From the NCBI GenBank assembly GCA_964488645.1, contig CAZAVK010000004.1:4486-68485 (forward strand): DNA of 64,000 bases. The letters are read 5' to 3'. The notes beneath the pieces are model-generated. The model ran no database searches. It was not told the DNA's origin and saw only the letters and a list, made by a program, of their open reading frames with translations. This document shows positions 30,324 to 39,460 of the stretch, one piece after another. The translations under genes and the position numbers were made by a program. This DNA is from an uncultured Rikenella sp. GTDB taxonomy: Bacteria > Bacteroidota > Bacteroidia > Bacteroidales > VadinHA17. The stretch's first letter is position 1, and the number at the start of each line of letters is the position of its first letter.

Positions 30324-30704
30324 ATGAAAAATGTTCGGAACAACGCGGTATGGCAGGTGGGCGCCTTCCTTATCTCTTTAGGGATAATGATGCTGGTGGC
30401 CAGGCTCGACCTGCTGCAACTGGGTGAGGTCGCCAGCTATTTCAGGTGGCAGATACTGCTGATACTCTTCGGTGTATGGTCACTACTGAGCCTCGAGCTG
30501 GTCTCTGCAGTGGTACTCTTTGCCATCGGCATCTGGTTCCTGCTGCCCGACATGTCACTGGAGCTTGCCCGGCCCTTCCGGCAGATCTACTGGCCATCGG
30601 TGCTCGTACTGGCAGGGATTGCGGTAATACTGAGCGCTCCGCTGAAAAAACTGAAGAAACAGAATCCAGATAATTATCCAAAACATCAGCAAAATGAGCA
30701 ATGA
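30324..30704 (+). CDS. small membrane protein with LiaI/LiaF-like TM domain
   Basis: Four hydrophobic helices. I chose the ATG at 30324 (MKNVRNNAVWQVG) over the TTG at 30297. The 3' end overlaps the next gene by 11 nt. Confidence 0.5.
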   Translation: MKNVRNNAVWQVGAFLISLGIMMLVARLDLLQLGEVASYFRWQILLILFGVWSLLSLELVSAVVLFAIGIWFLLPDMSLELARPFRQIYWPSVLVLAGIAVILSAPLKKLKKQNPDNYPKHQQNEQ

Positions 30705-31452
30705 ACATCACAGGGAGCCACAGCATGGTGAGCTCTCTTCAAACAGGGCTATTGTCGGGTTGCTTCTCGTCGTGGCCGGATTGATCCTTATCCTTAAAAA
30801 AACGACTGTTCTGCCTGCCCCGCTCGACTATTTCATTGACCGGGTCATCTTCTCATGGCAGATGCTACTGATTGTGATCGGTATCATCAGCCTCACCTCA
30901 TCGGGCAACAAAACCCCCGGTATCGTCATGGTCATCATAGGCGGGTTCTTCCTGATACCGGTCCTGTTTACCGACTTCTTCAGGTCATTCAACTTTTTCT
31001 GGCCGGCACTCTTCATCGCCGTGGGGGTAATACTGATGCTCAATTCGGGAAGACTCTCCGCCCGGCGGATCTCCACAGCCGATACCAGCAAGGTTGATTA
31101 CTTTGACTATGTCAATATCTTCAGCGGAGCAGAGCGGCAGTTCATCACCGACAATTTCATGGGGGGCAGGATCACTGCCATCTTCGGCGGCGGTGAGATT
31201 GACCTGACCCGCTCATCGCTCGCGCCGGGCGAAAATGTGATCGAAATTACCTGTATATTTGGAGGTGCCACCATCATTGTGCCAGAGAACTGGAATGTCA
31301 TCATCAGGGTCACCCCGATACTGGGAGGCTTCTCTGACAGCAGGAAGCTGCGGGATGAGGTTGTCAGGGACAATACCCGCTCGCTTGTTATCAGGGGGAC
31401 CGTGATCTTCGGAGGGGGAGAGGTGAAACTTACCAAGTCTGCCAAAGCATGA
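30694..31452 (+). CDS. LiaF-like (cell wall-active antibiotic response, DUF2154-type) membrane protein
   Basis: An N-terminal TM bundle is followed by a C-terminal beta-rich domain with GGGEIDLT...IFGGATIIVPENW...VIFGGGEVKL, as in the LiaF/YvqF C-terminal domain. Confidence 0.7.
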   Translation: MSNEHHREPQHGELSSNRAIVGLLLVVAGLILILKKTTVLPAPLDYFIDRVIFSWQMLLIVIGIISLTSSGNKTPGIVMVIIGGFFLIPVLFTDFFRSFNFFWPALFIAVGVILMLNSGRLSARRISTADTSKVDYFDYVNIFSGAERQFITDNFMGGRITAIFGGGEIDLTRSSLAPGENVIEITCIFGGATIIVPENWNVIIRVTPILGGFSDSRKLRDEVVRDNTRSLVIRGTVIFGGGEVKLTKSAKA

Positions 31453-32516
31453 AGCACCCGCTGCTGGGAGACCGTACAAGGCTGATGATATGGTGGATGG
31501 CTTGGCTTGTGCTGGCAGCAGCCCAGTCATTGCTCATCCACCTGGCCTATGGCAGCAGCCTTGAGACAGCCATCACTGACGGGGTGGTCTCGATGGCTGC
31601 AATGGGGCTGCTCGGCCTGGCTGCCTGGTTCCCGGTGAAGTATCTTCTGAGAGAGAACAACCAGCTCTCTGCCACACTGCTCAATAACATTGTACCCGGG
31701 GTGCTGACCCTCGGGGTCTGGCTTACCGTCTCCCGTTTCGGCGCCCGCATACTGGTTCCTGACAAGGATGAGTACGACATCCTGTGGCACTCGGTGCTGA
31801 TCTTCCGCATCACGGCCGGTATCCTGATCTATTCAATGATCATGCTGATCTACTATCTCTTCATGAGCGCCTCACAGCTGGCTGAGAAGGCTGCCCGGCA
31901 GGCACAGCTCGAGGCAAGGGTGCACGAGGGAGAGCTGAAGATGCTCAGGTCACAGATCAACCCGCACTTCCTGTTCAACAGCCTCAACTCGATCAACTCC
32001 CTCACACTCACAGACCCGGCTGCAGCCAGTGAAATGATTGTAAAGCTTTCAGAGTTCATGCGCTACTCACTCTCGTCACGGAGCGACCAGCAGGTGACTC
32101 TGGGCGAGGAGCTGGAGAGCCTGAAGCTCTACCTGCAGATAGAGAAGGTGAGGTTCGGCAACCGCCTGGTGACAGAAGAGGAGATAGATCCTGCCTGCCT
32201 CACTGCACTGATGCCCGGCATGTTACTGCAGCCCCTCTATGAGAATGCGGTGAAGCACGGGGTGTATGAATCATCAGGAGAGGTGATCATCAGAACCATC
32301 GCTGCCGCGGAGGAGGAGATGGTGATGATAACCATAACAAACACCCTCGACCGTGAAGCGGTTGTCACTGCCCGCGGCGCCGGGGTGGGGCTGAGGAACG
32401 TGAGAAGCCGGCTGGAGCTCTTCTTTGGTGAGGAGGCAAGCCTGTCAGTACACCCGGGTGAGGAGAGCTTCACGGTCACCATGCGATTCCCGTTACGCGA
32501 AAAACAAAACGGATAA
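31449..32516 (+). CDS. LytS/YehU-type sensor histidine kinase (His_kinase PF06580-like)
   Basis: Multi-TM N-terminus, an H-box LRSQINPHFLFNSLNSI, an N-box LLQPLYENAVKHG, and GVGLRNV. Confidence 0.85.
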   Translation: MKHPLLGDRTRLMIWWMAWLVLAAAQSLLIHLAYGSSLETAITDGVVSMAAMGLLGLAAWFPVKYLLRENNQLSATLLNNIVPGVLTLGVWLTVSRFGARILVPDKDEYDILWHSVLIFRITAGILIYSMIMLIYYLFMSASQLAEKAARQAQLEARVHEGELKMLRSQINPHFLFNSLNSINSLTLTDPAAASEMIVKLSEFMRYSLSSRSDQQVTLGEELESLKLYLQIEKVRFGNRLVTEEEIDPACLTALMPGMLLQPLYENAVKHGVYESSGEVIIRTIAAAEEEMVMITITNTLDREAVVTARGAGVGLRNVRSRLELFFGEEASLSVHPGEESFTVTMRFPLREKQNG

Positions 32517-32525
32517 CTGTACGAT

Positions 32526-33278
32526 ATGGAAAAAATCAGGATACTGATCATTGAGGATGAGGCACCCGCCAGGGAGCTGATAAAGCATATGCTTGCCGGC
32601 CACCCTGACCTGGAGGTGATTGGAGAATGTGAAGATGGCTTCTGTGGGGCCAGGGAGGTACGTGAAAGGCGGCCTGACCTGATTTTTCTCGATATCCAGA
32701 TGCCGAAGCTGACCGGTTTCGAGCTGCTGGAGGTTATCGATGAGAAGCCCGAGGTGATCTTCACCACCGCCTATGACCAGTATGCCATAAGGGCATTCGA
32801 GCTCAATGCGGTCGACTACCTCCTCAAGCCCTTCTCCAGGGAGCGGTTCGACGAGGCGGTGGCCCGGGCGGTGAACCGCATACGGAACAACACCCCGGGG
32901 CATGAAGCGGTCAGCAGGATGGTGACCACCACCACCGGGACAGAGGGAGAGCTGACACGCATCGTCTTCAGGAAAGGGGCAGGGATAGTGATTATCCCCC
33001 TTGACAAGGTGATCTGCCTGGCTGCCGAGGATGACTATGTGATGGTCTATCACAGCGATGGCAAAGCACTTAAGACCAGGACGATGAAATACTATGAAGA
33101 GCATCTTCCGCCCTCGCTCTTCATCAGGGTGCACCGCTCATTCATAGTCAATGTCGAGCAGATCACCCGGCTTGAGCCATACAGCAAGGACAACTACGTT
33201 GCCATCCTGAGAAACGGGGAAAAGATACCGGTCAGCCGCGCCGGCTACCGGATACTGAGAGAACGCCTCTCATTCTAA
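32526..33278 (+). CDS. LytTR-family response regulator
   Basis: The receiver domain has [16 protein letters not shown] and DYLLKPF. The C-terminal LytTR DNA-binding domain has [11 protein letters not shown]. Confidence 0.9.
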   Translation: MEKIRILIIEDEAPARELIKHMLAGHPDLEVIGECEDGFCGAREVRERRPDLIFLDIQMPKLTGFELLEVIDEKPEVIFTTAYDQYAIRAFELNAVDYLLKPFSRERFDEAVARAVNRIRNNTPGHEAVSRMVTTTTGTEGELTRIVFRKGAGIVIIPLDKVICLAAEDDYVMVYHSDGKALKTRTMKYYEEHLPPSLFIRVHRSFIVNVEQITRLEPYSKDNYVAILRNGEKIPVSRAGYRILRERLSF

Positions 33279-33589
33279 TCTCTCTCCTTAAGCCTGTTGC
33301 ATCTTGGGGCAGGGCGTGCCGGGAGGTTCCGGCAGCGATACCTCCTGAAGGTGAACCGCGGCACCGGATCATAGCCGTGGGTGCCTCCCGGACGGCAGCG
33401 CAGGATACGGCCGGCCGCCATGACAAACCCCTTAAACGGGCCATGAATAGTAACTGCATCAATGGCATACTGTGAACAGCTGGGCACATGGCGGCATGAA
33501 GCCGGAGTAAGCGGAGAGATGAACCACCGGTAGAACCATACCGGCAGAAGCATGATAAAAGAGAATATCTTTGCGGCACCCTTCAGCAT
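33275..33589 (-). CDS. yidD: membrane protein insertion efficiency factor YidD (with basic C-terminal tail)
   Basis: [35 protein letters not shown] and [16 protein letters not shown] are the YidD signature. I chose the start at ATG 33587-33589. Confidence 0.85.
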   Translation of the reverse strand: MLKGAAKIFSFIMLLPVWFYRWFISPLTPASCRHVPSCSQYAIDAVTIHGPFKGFVMAAGRILRCRPGGTHGYDPVPRFTFRRYRCRNLPARPAPRCNRLKERD

Positions 33590-33701
33590 CGCCCCCAAAG
33601 ATAGTCCGATTAAAAGTGACAAAATGACCTTTTTAACCGGATTATTTCAGTATGGCAGGTCTTTTGTCAAGAAGATGAGAAACTAAAGAGAAGTTCATTA
33701 T

Positions 33702-34406
33702 ATGGAAACTATGTTCATGCACAACGGCACCTATTGGATAATATTCATCGTTTTCATGGGAGTGAGCTGGCTGGTCAGCAACCGGCTCAAGACCAAGTTC
33801 CGTGCCTATTCGAAGATACCCGTTGCATCGGGCATGAGTGGTCATGATGTGGCGGTAAGGATGCTTCATGACAGTGGTATATACGATGTTACGGTTCAGT
33901 CTGTCCCGGGCGAGCTTACTGACCACTACAATCCGCTTAAGAAGACCATCAACCTCAGCCGCGATGTCTACTACGGCACCAGCGTTGCTGCGGCTGCAGT
34001 GGCAGCCCATGAGACCGGTCATGCCGTCCAGCATGCCAGGGAGTATGCATGGCTGGGCATGAGGTCAAAGCTCGCCCCTGTCGTCAGCTTCGCATCCAAC
34101 TGGGTGCAGTGGGTGCTGATTGCCGGTCTGCTGCTGCTCAACTCAAGACCCGAGATACTGCTTGTCGGTATCGGACTTTTCGGCCTCACCACCCTCTTCA
34201 GCCTCATCACCCTGCCGGTTGAGATAAACGCCTCAAAGAGAGCGCTTGCATGGCTCTCCAATGCGGGTATAACATACCAGGGCACACATGAAAAGGCTGA
34301 AGATGCGCTGAAGTGGGCCGCATATACTTATGTCATAGCTGCACTGGGATCACTGGCAACCCTGATTTACTACATCATGATCTTTCTGGGTGCGAGAGAC
34401 AGATAA
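33702..34406 (+). CDS. putative neutral zinc metallopeptidase (Zn_peptidase_2 family membrane protein)
   Basis: The family layout is present (SGMSGHDVAVRMLHDSG...HYNPLKKTINLS...AAHETGHAVQH) and is followed by TM helices. Confidence 0.85.
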   Translation: METMFMHNGTYWIIFIVFMGVSWLVSNRLKTKFRAYSKIPVASGMSGHDVAVRMLHDSGIYDVTVQSVPGELTDHYNPLKKTINLSRDVYYGTSVAAAAVAAHETGHAVQHAREYAWLGMRSKLAPVVSFASNWVQWVLIAGLLLLNSRPEILLVGIGLFGLTTLFSLITLPVEINASKRALAWLSNAGITYQGTHEKAEDALKWAAYTYVIAALGSLATLIYYIMIFLGARDR

Positions 34407-34412
34407 CGGCTG

Positions 34413-35147
34413 TCAGTGAATGTCATTCAGAAACTTCGTCCGCTTGGCCATATATCTCAAAATCGCCCACAGGATAAGACCGGCCACAAGAAGAGTGGTG
34501 TAAAGAGGCTCAAGATAGAACCTGCCGGCGACTGAGATGTTCCGGCAGAGATCAAGGAAGGCAAATACCACGAAAAGACTGGCTATGCCGTTATACTCTC
34601 TCCGGAGCACCTTTCTGAACGAAAAGGGGTGTGCAGACCTGACATACCGCCTGAACGACGGGATAACCGCCCTGACACGGAACGTCCACGAATCAAAGGT
34701 ATCCCCGAACTTGCGGTGGAGGTACTGCTCCTCGGCAAAAATAATCCGCTCGTAATATAGCCAGTAGGCCAGTATGAAAACGATCACCCACCATACTGAC
34801 CTCAGGAAAAGCACCGGCCCCAGCCATATCAGGAAATTGCCGGCATAGAGCGGATGACGCATCACGGAATAAATGCCCGTGGTATTAAGTTCGTCAGCAA
34901 TCTGCTCTATAACACTGCGCCCTGAAGTACGGGGCGACGAATAACCAACCGTGTATGACCGCAGCAGTTCGCCGGCAACAGAGACAAGAATGCAGGCTAT
35001 CTCCCAGGTGTAGTTGAAATAGATGACACTCCGGCTGGCAATGAAAAGCAGGTATACAGCCGCCGGGATCAGAATAAACACCGGAAGCCAGCTACGCCGC
35101 CGGAATAACCAGTTGCCTGATTTCTCGAGTTCATGGATAAGTGACAT
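34413..35147 (-). CDS. isoprenylcysteine carboxyl / phospholipid methyltransferase-family membrane protein
   Basis: Polytopic, with TGIYSVMRHPLYAGNFLIWLG and EEQYLHRKFGDTF, which are motifs of the ICMT/PEMT family. Confidence 0.7.
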   Translation of the reverse strand: MSLIHELEKSGNWLFRRRSWLPVFILIPAAVYLLFIASRSVIYFNYTWEIACILVSVAGELLRSYTVGYSSPRTSGRSVIEQIADELNTTGIYSVMRHPLYAGNFLIWLGPVLFLRSVWWVIVFILAYWLYYERIIFAEEQYLHRKFGDTFDSWTFRVRAVIPSFRRYVRSAHPFSFRKVLRREYNGIASLFVVFAFLDLCRNISVAGRFYLEPLYTTLLVAGLILWAILRYMAKRTKFLNDIH

Positions 35148-35347
35148 ACATTCAGCATTGGTTCAGTAAAAGTAGAAAAAATCATGAAACCATAAATTAT
35201 ATCTGCGAATCTGTAGTCATGCCGTTCCGGACCGCCGGACCGGCAAGCTACTGCGCCCGGCTGCGCTGTCGATCCCCTGGCATCTCCCTTTTTTTCCGTT
35301 CCCGCAAACTATTGCATCCAGATGCGCGGCTGGTTCCCTGGCCGCTC

Positions 35348-36043
35348 TCATTGTTCCGGGCCTGTATTCAGATCAGAAACCACCTTCCCGTCTTCCAGCG
35401 TAATAACCCTGCGGGCCCGGTTCATCACCCGCGGGTCATGGGTTGAAAAGATAAAGGTCATCTCCTCCTCACGGTTTAGCTTCTCCATGATATCGAGCAG
35501 CGTGTCGGCTGACCTCGTGTCGAGGCTTGCTGTTGGTTCATCTGCCAGTATGAACTGTGGTCGCGGTGCCAGGGCACGCGCCACCGCCACCCTCTGCTGC
35601 TGCCCGCCGGATAGGCGTGCGGGACGACTGTTGCGCCTGTCAGAGAGCCCCGTCGCGGCCAGCAGTTCATTGACGCGGGCCCGGCGCTCCTTCACCGGCC
35701 ACCCCTGAAGACTCATGATAAAATCAATATTCTCGCTGACCGTCAGCACAGGGATAAGGTTGAACGACTGAAAAACAAATCCTACATGTCTCATCCTGAA
35801 GGTGATCAGTTCTGAGGTCTTCATCTCCGACAGCCGGTAACCGGCTACCGTGATCTCACCCGAGGTGGGGCGGTCAAGCCCTCCGATAAGATTAAGCAGG
35901 GTAGTCTTCCCTGAGCCTGAGGGACCGACAACAGCTGCAAAATCACCTTTTTCAAAGTTCAGTGTCACACCATCCACTGCCCTTACCTCTATCTCGGTGT
36001 CATGGTAAACCCGGCTCACCTTATTGATCTCTGCTACTATCAT
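35348..36043 (-). CDS. ABC transporter ATP-binding protein (LolD/MacB-type)
   Basis: Walker A GPSGSGKTT, signature LSGGQQQRVAVARAL, Walker B ILADEPT. I chose the start at ATG 36041-36043. The GTG at 36118 would extend into the tandem repeat. Confidence 0.9.
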   Translation of the reverse strand: MIVAEINKVSRVYHDTEIEVRAVDGVTLNFEKGDFAAVVGPSGSGKTTLLNLIGGLDRPTSGEITVAGYRLSEMKTSELITFRMRHVGFVFQSFNLIPVLTVSENIDFIMSLQGWPVKERRARVNELLAATGLSDRRNSRPARLSGGQQQRVAVARALAPRPQFILADEPTASLDTRSADTLLDIMEKLNREEEMTFIFSTHDPRVMNRARRVITLEDGKVVSDLNTGPEQ

Positions 36044-36102
36044 CTTCTTATGTGGTTTCTGTTGCTGTTCATCATCTCTCTGACTATGCTCATCTTTCCC
36101 CC

Positions 36103-36210
36103 CTACTGCCCTGCCCACCCTGTCTGACCGGCTGACCTGTTATTTCTACTGCTCTGAACACCCTGTCTGACCGGCTGACCTGTTAATTTTACTGCGCTGA
36201 CCACCCTTAC
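36103..36210. repeat. 43-bp intergenic tandem repeat, about 2.5 copies, rich in CTGACC hexamers
   Basis: CACCCTGTCTGACCGGCTGACCTGTTA(T/A)TT..TACTGC.CTGA starts at 36116, 36159 and 36202 (partial), with a partial copy upstream. Exact CTGACC lies at 36124, 36132, 36167, 36175 and 36197. Confidence 0.85.
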
Positions 36211-36261
36211 CGGTCCGGCACCTCTCTTCATCTTCCCCCTGCATGGTGTCATATCAAGGCT

Positions 36262-37689
36262 TCATTCTCTGCGCAGTGCTTCGGCCGGAATGATCTGCAA
36301 TGCCTTGTGAGCCGGATATAGTGATGCCAGAACACCGGTCAGCACGATCAGGCCCGTAAGCATGAAAAAGAAGTCAGCACCAATGGTCGGGTAGAGATGT
36401 GCAGAATAGCCCAATTCAGATAATCCTTCCGAGTATTTCACCAGGTTGATGCCGGTATGACCGGTTATGGCTATCACCACAGCACTGACAGCCATTCCGG
36501 CGAACCCTCCCACGGCCGACAGGAACAGTGATTCAAGCATTATCATACTCAGAAGCTGCCGGCGACTCATTCCCAGCGCCATCAGCATGCCGGTCTCCCG
36601 GGTACGTTCCAGGAGAGACATCAGCATGGTATTTACTATACCAAATGAGAAGGCTGCAAAGATGATTATCATGAATATGGCATATATCTGCAGGATGTAG
36701 TCAGATATCATGGCCAGATCAGGCTGTATCTCCTTCCAGCTCATCACCCTGAGGCCGGGCAGCTCCTTTTTCAGCTGCCCGGTTATCTTGTCTGTCAGGT
36801 TATTCGCAGCGAGTCTGACTATTATCCGATGACAGGCTCGCTCATCCATTGCCGTCAGCCTCCGGAGCTCATCAATCGGAACAAAGAGTGAGGTTGCTTC
36901 GAACAGGTTGTTGCTGGTCCGCCATATGCCACATATCCGGAAAACTGCCCGGACCGGTTTGCCGTTGACATCTATGAATGATGCAAGGAAGCGTGAACCT
37001 TCACGATATGACCATGCCGCCTCAACCACAGCTGCTTCCCACCTCTCCGATTCCCTCCCGTCAAGAAGCTCCCTGCAGCTCTCTGTCAATTTCCTGCCGG
37101 AATTAAACTGTTTGTTTTCCAGTGATCTGAGTTTCCTGATCACTTCATCGGGCATCCCTTTCTCCCTCAGCAGACCGAATGACTCCGGAGTTAGCACATA
37201 GCTTACCAGGTGAAGCCTGAGGGCCAGCTGCTCACCGATATAGGCACTCCCGGGCAATGTTCCGTCACCGAAATAGCTTCCGCTACCTGCAATCACTCTT
37301 TCAGACAGGGAGAACATCTGCTCCTCCCTGCCGGTATCAATGCCATTTATCTCAACCCCGGTAGTGGCCCGGGCAGTTGAGGCAACAGCAGTAACAATTA
37401 TTCGCCTTGTTACACCGGTAACACCATCTATGTCACCGGCAAGTGCAACAACCGAATCGCTGTTCTCAATGGTGCTCAGGATATTGTGTGAGCTGCGGAA
37501 CTCCTTGTTATCGATTTGTATATGTGACAGCTCTTCATTGACGGCCGCACTGATACGCTGCACTACCGTACTGTTTACGGCGGCCAGGGCAAAGACGCTT
37601 GCAAAGACACCAACCGTCACTGCGGCTATGACGGTCAGGCTCCTGCTCCGGTTTCTCCAGACATTTTTCCAGGCCAGTGATGCGATCAT
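36262..37689 (-). CDS. ABC transporter permease, FtsX/MacB-like
   Basis: 475 aa. An N-terminal TM helix and a large periplasmic domain are followed by a C-terminal FtsX-like 3-TM domain (ALGMSRRQLLSMIMLESL). Confidence 0.85.
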   Translation of the reverse strand: MIASLAWKNVWRNRSRSLTVIAAVTVGVFASVFALAAVNSTVVQRISAAVNEELSHIQIDNKEFRSSHNILSTIENSDSVVALAGDIDGVTGVTRRIIVTAVASTARATTGVEINGIDTGREEQMFSLSERVIAGSGSYFGDGTLPGSAYIGEQLALRLHLVSYVLTPESFGLLREKGMPDEVIRKLRSLENKQFNSGRKLTESCRELLDGRESERWEAAVVEAAWSYREGSRFLASFIDVNGKPVRAVFRICGIWRTSNNLFEATSLFVPIDELRRLTAMDERACHRIIVRLAANNLTDKITGQLKKELPGLRVMSWKEIQPDLAMISDYILQIYAIFMIIIFAAFSFGIVNTMLMSLLERTRETGMLMALGMSRRQLLSMIMLESLFLSAVGGFAGMAVSAVVIAITGHTGINLVKYSEGLSELGYSAHLYPTIGADFFFMLTGLIVLTGVLASLYPAHKALQIIPAEALRRE

Positions 37690-37701
37690 GCTGTCAGGAT
37701 A

Positions 37702-38925
37702 TCATACCCGCAGGGCGTTGATTACATTGATGTTATAGATTCTCCGCACACTGAATGAGATTGCTGCCGCCAGTATCAGCAGAACCACCAGTATCTGCCA
37801 CAGGTAGTAGGCTCCGGGGAGTTGCATAGGCATCTCCGGTGTAAAACCGTACTCCATGAACATACGTGCCGTCCCACCGGTAAACCTCAGGGGCCGGGCA
37901 TGCCCGGCAAAGACCACGGGCAATGAGGCTGCCACTCCTCCTGCCACCCCGAGCAGCCCCATCAGCAAAAGCTCGAGGCCGACAACCCATGCCAGCCTCT
38001 CTCTTGACATGCCTATGGAGATCAGCACGGCAAATTCGCGGCGCCGTTCGGCCATCATCATGAGCACCGTCCCGAAGACCCCGAAGGCAATCACCAGGTA
38101 GAGTATCGCCGTCATTATCGCCCCGCTCCTGCTGTCTGCCTCCAGCTGGTTGACAAGCAGTGCATTCATCTCTTTCCATGTGCGTACCGCAAGCCCGGGG
38201 CCGGCGGCTGACTGCAGCCTGAGGCGGATGGCTTCCAGGGCCCTGTCGCCCGTCTCCCTGATCCCGATAATTGCTGAAGTAGCCTTCCCCGGGGCATTGT
38301 ACAGCGACTGTGCATCAGTAAGGGTCAGACATACAAGTCTGTTGTCTATTTCAGGGCTGGGTATGCTCACAACACCCTTAACCACAAACCGGCCTGACGC
38401 TGATGCTCCGCGATAGCCCTGCCCCATCAGCACCAGTGTGTCTCCCGTGCCGGCACCAAGCCAGGAAGAGAGGCTGCTTCCGATAAGGGCAAAGCCGGAT
38501 TCCCCGGCAGAGAGAAACCCTCCGGCCACTGAGGCATGCCTGTGCAGCAGCGGTAGCAGACTATCCGAATCAATACCCGTCACCATTACCCCCTGTGTCC
38601 GGGTGCCGGCAGCGGCAAGGGCAAACGATTCAAGCCGCAGGTTAACCCCGGTCACATCCGGATCATCCTCTACCTCCCTGATTATCACAGGATCGACGGT
38701 GAAGCAGTTGTCAAGGAGAGGCTCATCAAGGTAGTCGGGGTGCTGCAACTGCAGGTAGCCCGAGTAGGAGCGGATGATGTCACTGTAAATCTTGCCGTAG
38801 GCTCCGAGCTGGAATGACCGCAATACCAGTGAAAAGAAGAGTGCAAAAAAGACTGATGCCGCAGTGATGAGGCTCCTCCTGCGGTTTCGCCACAGGTTTC
38901 TCCAGGCTAACTGATAACTCTTCAT
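37702..38925 (-). CDS. ABC transporter permease, FtsX/MacB-like
   Basis: 407 aa with the same architecture (ISIGMSRERLAWVVGLELL). It lies 12 nt upstream of the second permease. Confidence 0.85.
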   Translation of the reverse strand: MKSYQLAWRNLWRNRRRSLITAASVFFALFFSLVLRSFQLGAYGKIYSDIIRSYSGYLQLQHPDYLDEPLLDNCFTVDPVIIREVEDDPDVTGVNLRLESFALAAAGTRTQGVMVTGIDSDSLLPLLHRHASVAGGFLSAGESGFALIGSSLSSWLGAGTGDTLVLMGQGYRGASASGRFVVKGVVSIPSPEIDNRLVCLTLTDAQSLYNAPGKATSAIIGIRETGDRALEAIRLRLQSAAGPGLAVRTWKEMNALLVNQLEADSRSGAIMTAILYLVIAFGVFGTVLMMMAERRREFAVLISIGMSRERLAWVVGLELLLMGLLGVAGGVAASLPVVFAGHARPLRFTGGTARMFMEYGFTPEMPMQLPGAYYLWQILVVLLILAAAISFSVRRIYNINVINALRV

Positions 38926-39259
38926 GAGGCAGACTGTTTCATAAGCCCCGCCTACAGCCGGTTATTCTTATGATACCGGCCTTCCGGGTGAACATGCACA
39001 TTGCCGGCTGCCACCCCTGAGGCAGATGCACTCTTTTACCCCGGGTAGTGCCGGCAGCTTCGTACGACATCGATGCCCTGATTGCTTCCCGGGGTTACCC
39101 GCAACACCGCATGCCATCGATTCACCGATTACCCCCGGGCGTTGGGGGCAGCCGCTCCCGGCAGCCCTCCGGGGTGCAGTGATCGCCCTTCAGAAAACCC
39201 GTCAGTTGATCAGCCGTAACCTCATTACCCGTTCACGACCGATCCCCGGCAAAATGAAA

Positions 39260-39279
39260 GGGATAATGAGAATTATCCC
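39260..39279 (-). terminator. hairpin, possible terminator downstream of the M56-TonB gene
   Basis: GGGATAAT GAGA ATTATCCC forms a perfect 8-bp stem. On the minus strand it is followed by TTTCATTTTG. It lies about 180 nt past the stop, so the function is uncertain. Confidence 0.3.
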
Positions 39280-39460
39280 ACAATTTAAGAAAAAAACCAA
39301 ATCTGCATAACGGGAGGGTTTTGACTGAACCGGACTTACAGAGCTGTTTGGGGTGAAATCTCAATCAAAGTGAGTTGCCTCGCCCTGCAATTATTCCCTC
39401 TCTCTGCCCTGACCAAAGGTAATCCCTCTGAGGTGAGTCCGCCACATCAGTTCAGGCAGA

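Noticed and set aside
32237-33134. Minus-strand ORFs of 176 and 213 aa
   Set aside because: They are antisense to the LytS-type kinase 3' end and the LytTR regulator, both of which have clear family motifs.
35348-36118. Long N-terminal extensions proposed by the ORF track: ABC ATPase to 36118, fucU to 5917, bactofilin to 27431, blaI to 41431, yidD to 33622 and U32 to 51828
   Set aside because: In each case an internal ATG gives the N-terminus typical of the family. The extension has atypical composition or runs into repeats, a terminator or the upstream gene.
39026-39310. A 94-aa plus-strand ORF in the 535-bp gap
   Set aside because: It opposes all neighbours and is very basic and Pro/Arg-rich. 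A hairpin sits inside its 3' end and I recognise no motif. I treated the region as a non-coding gap instead (see findings).
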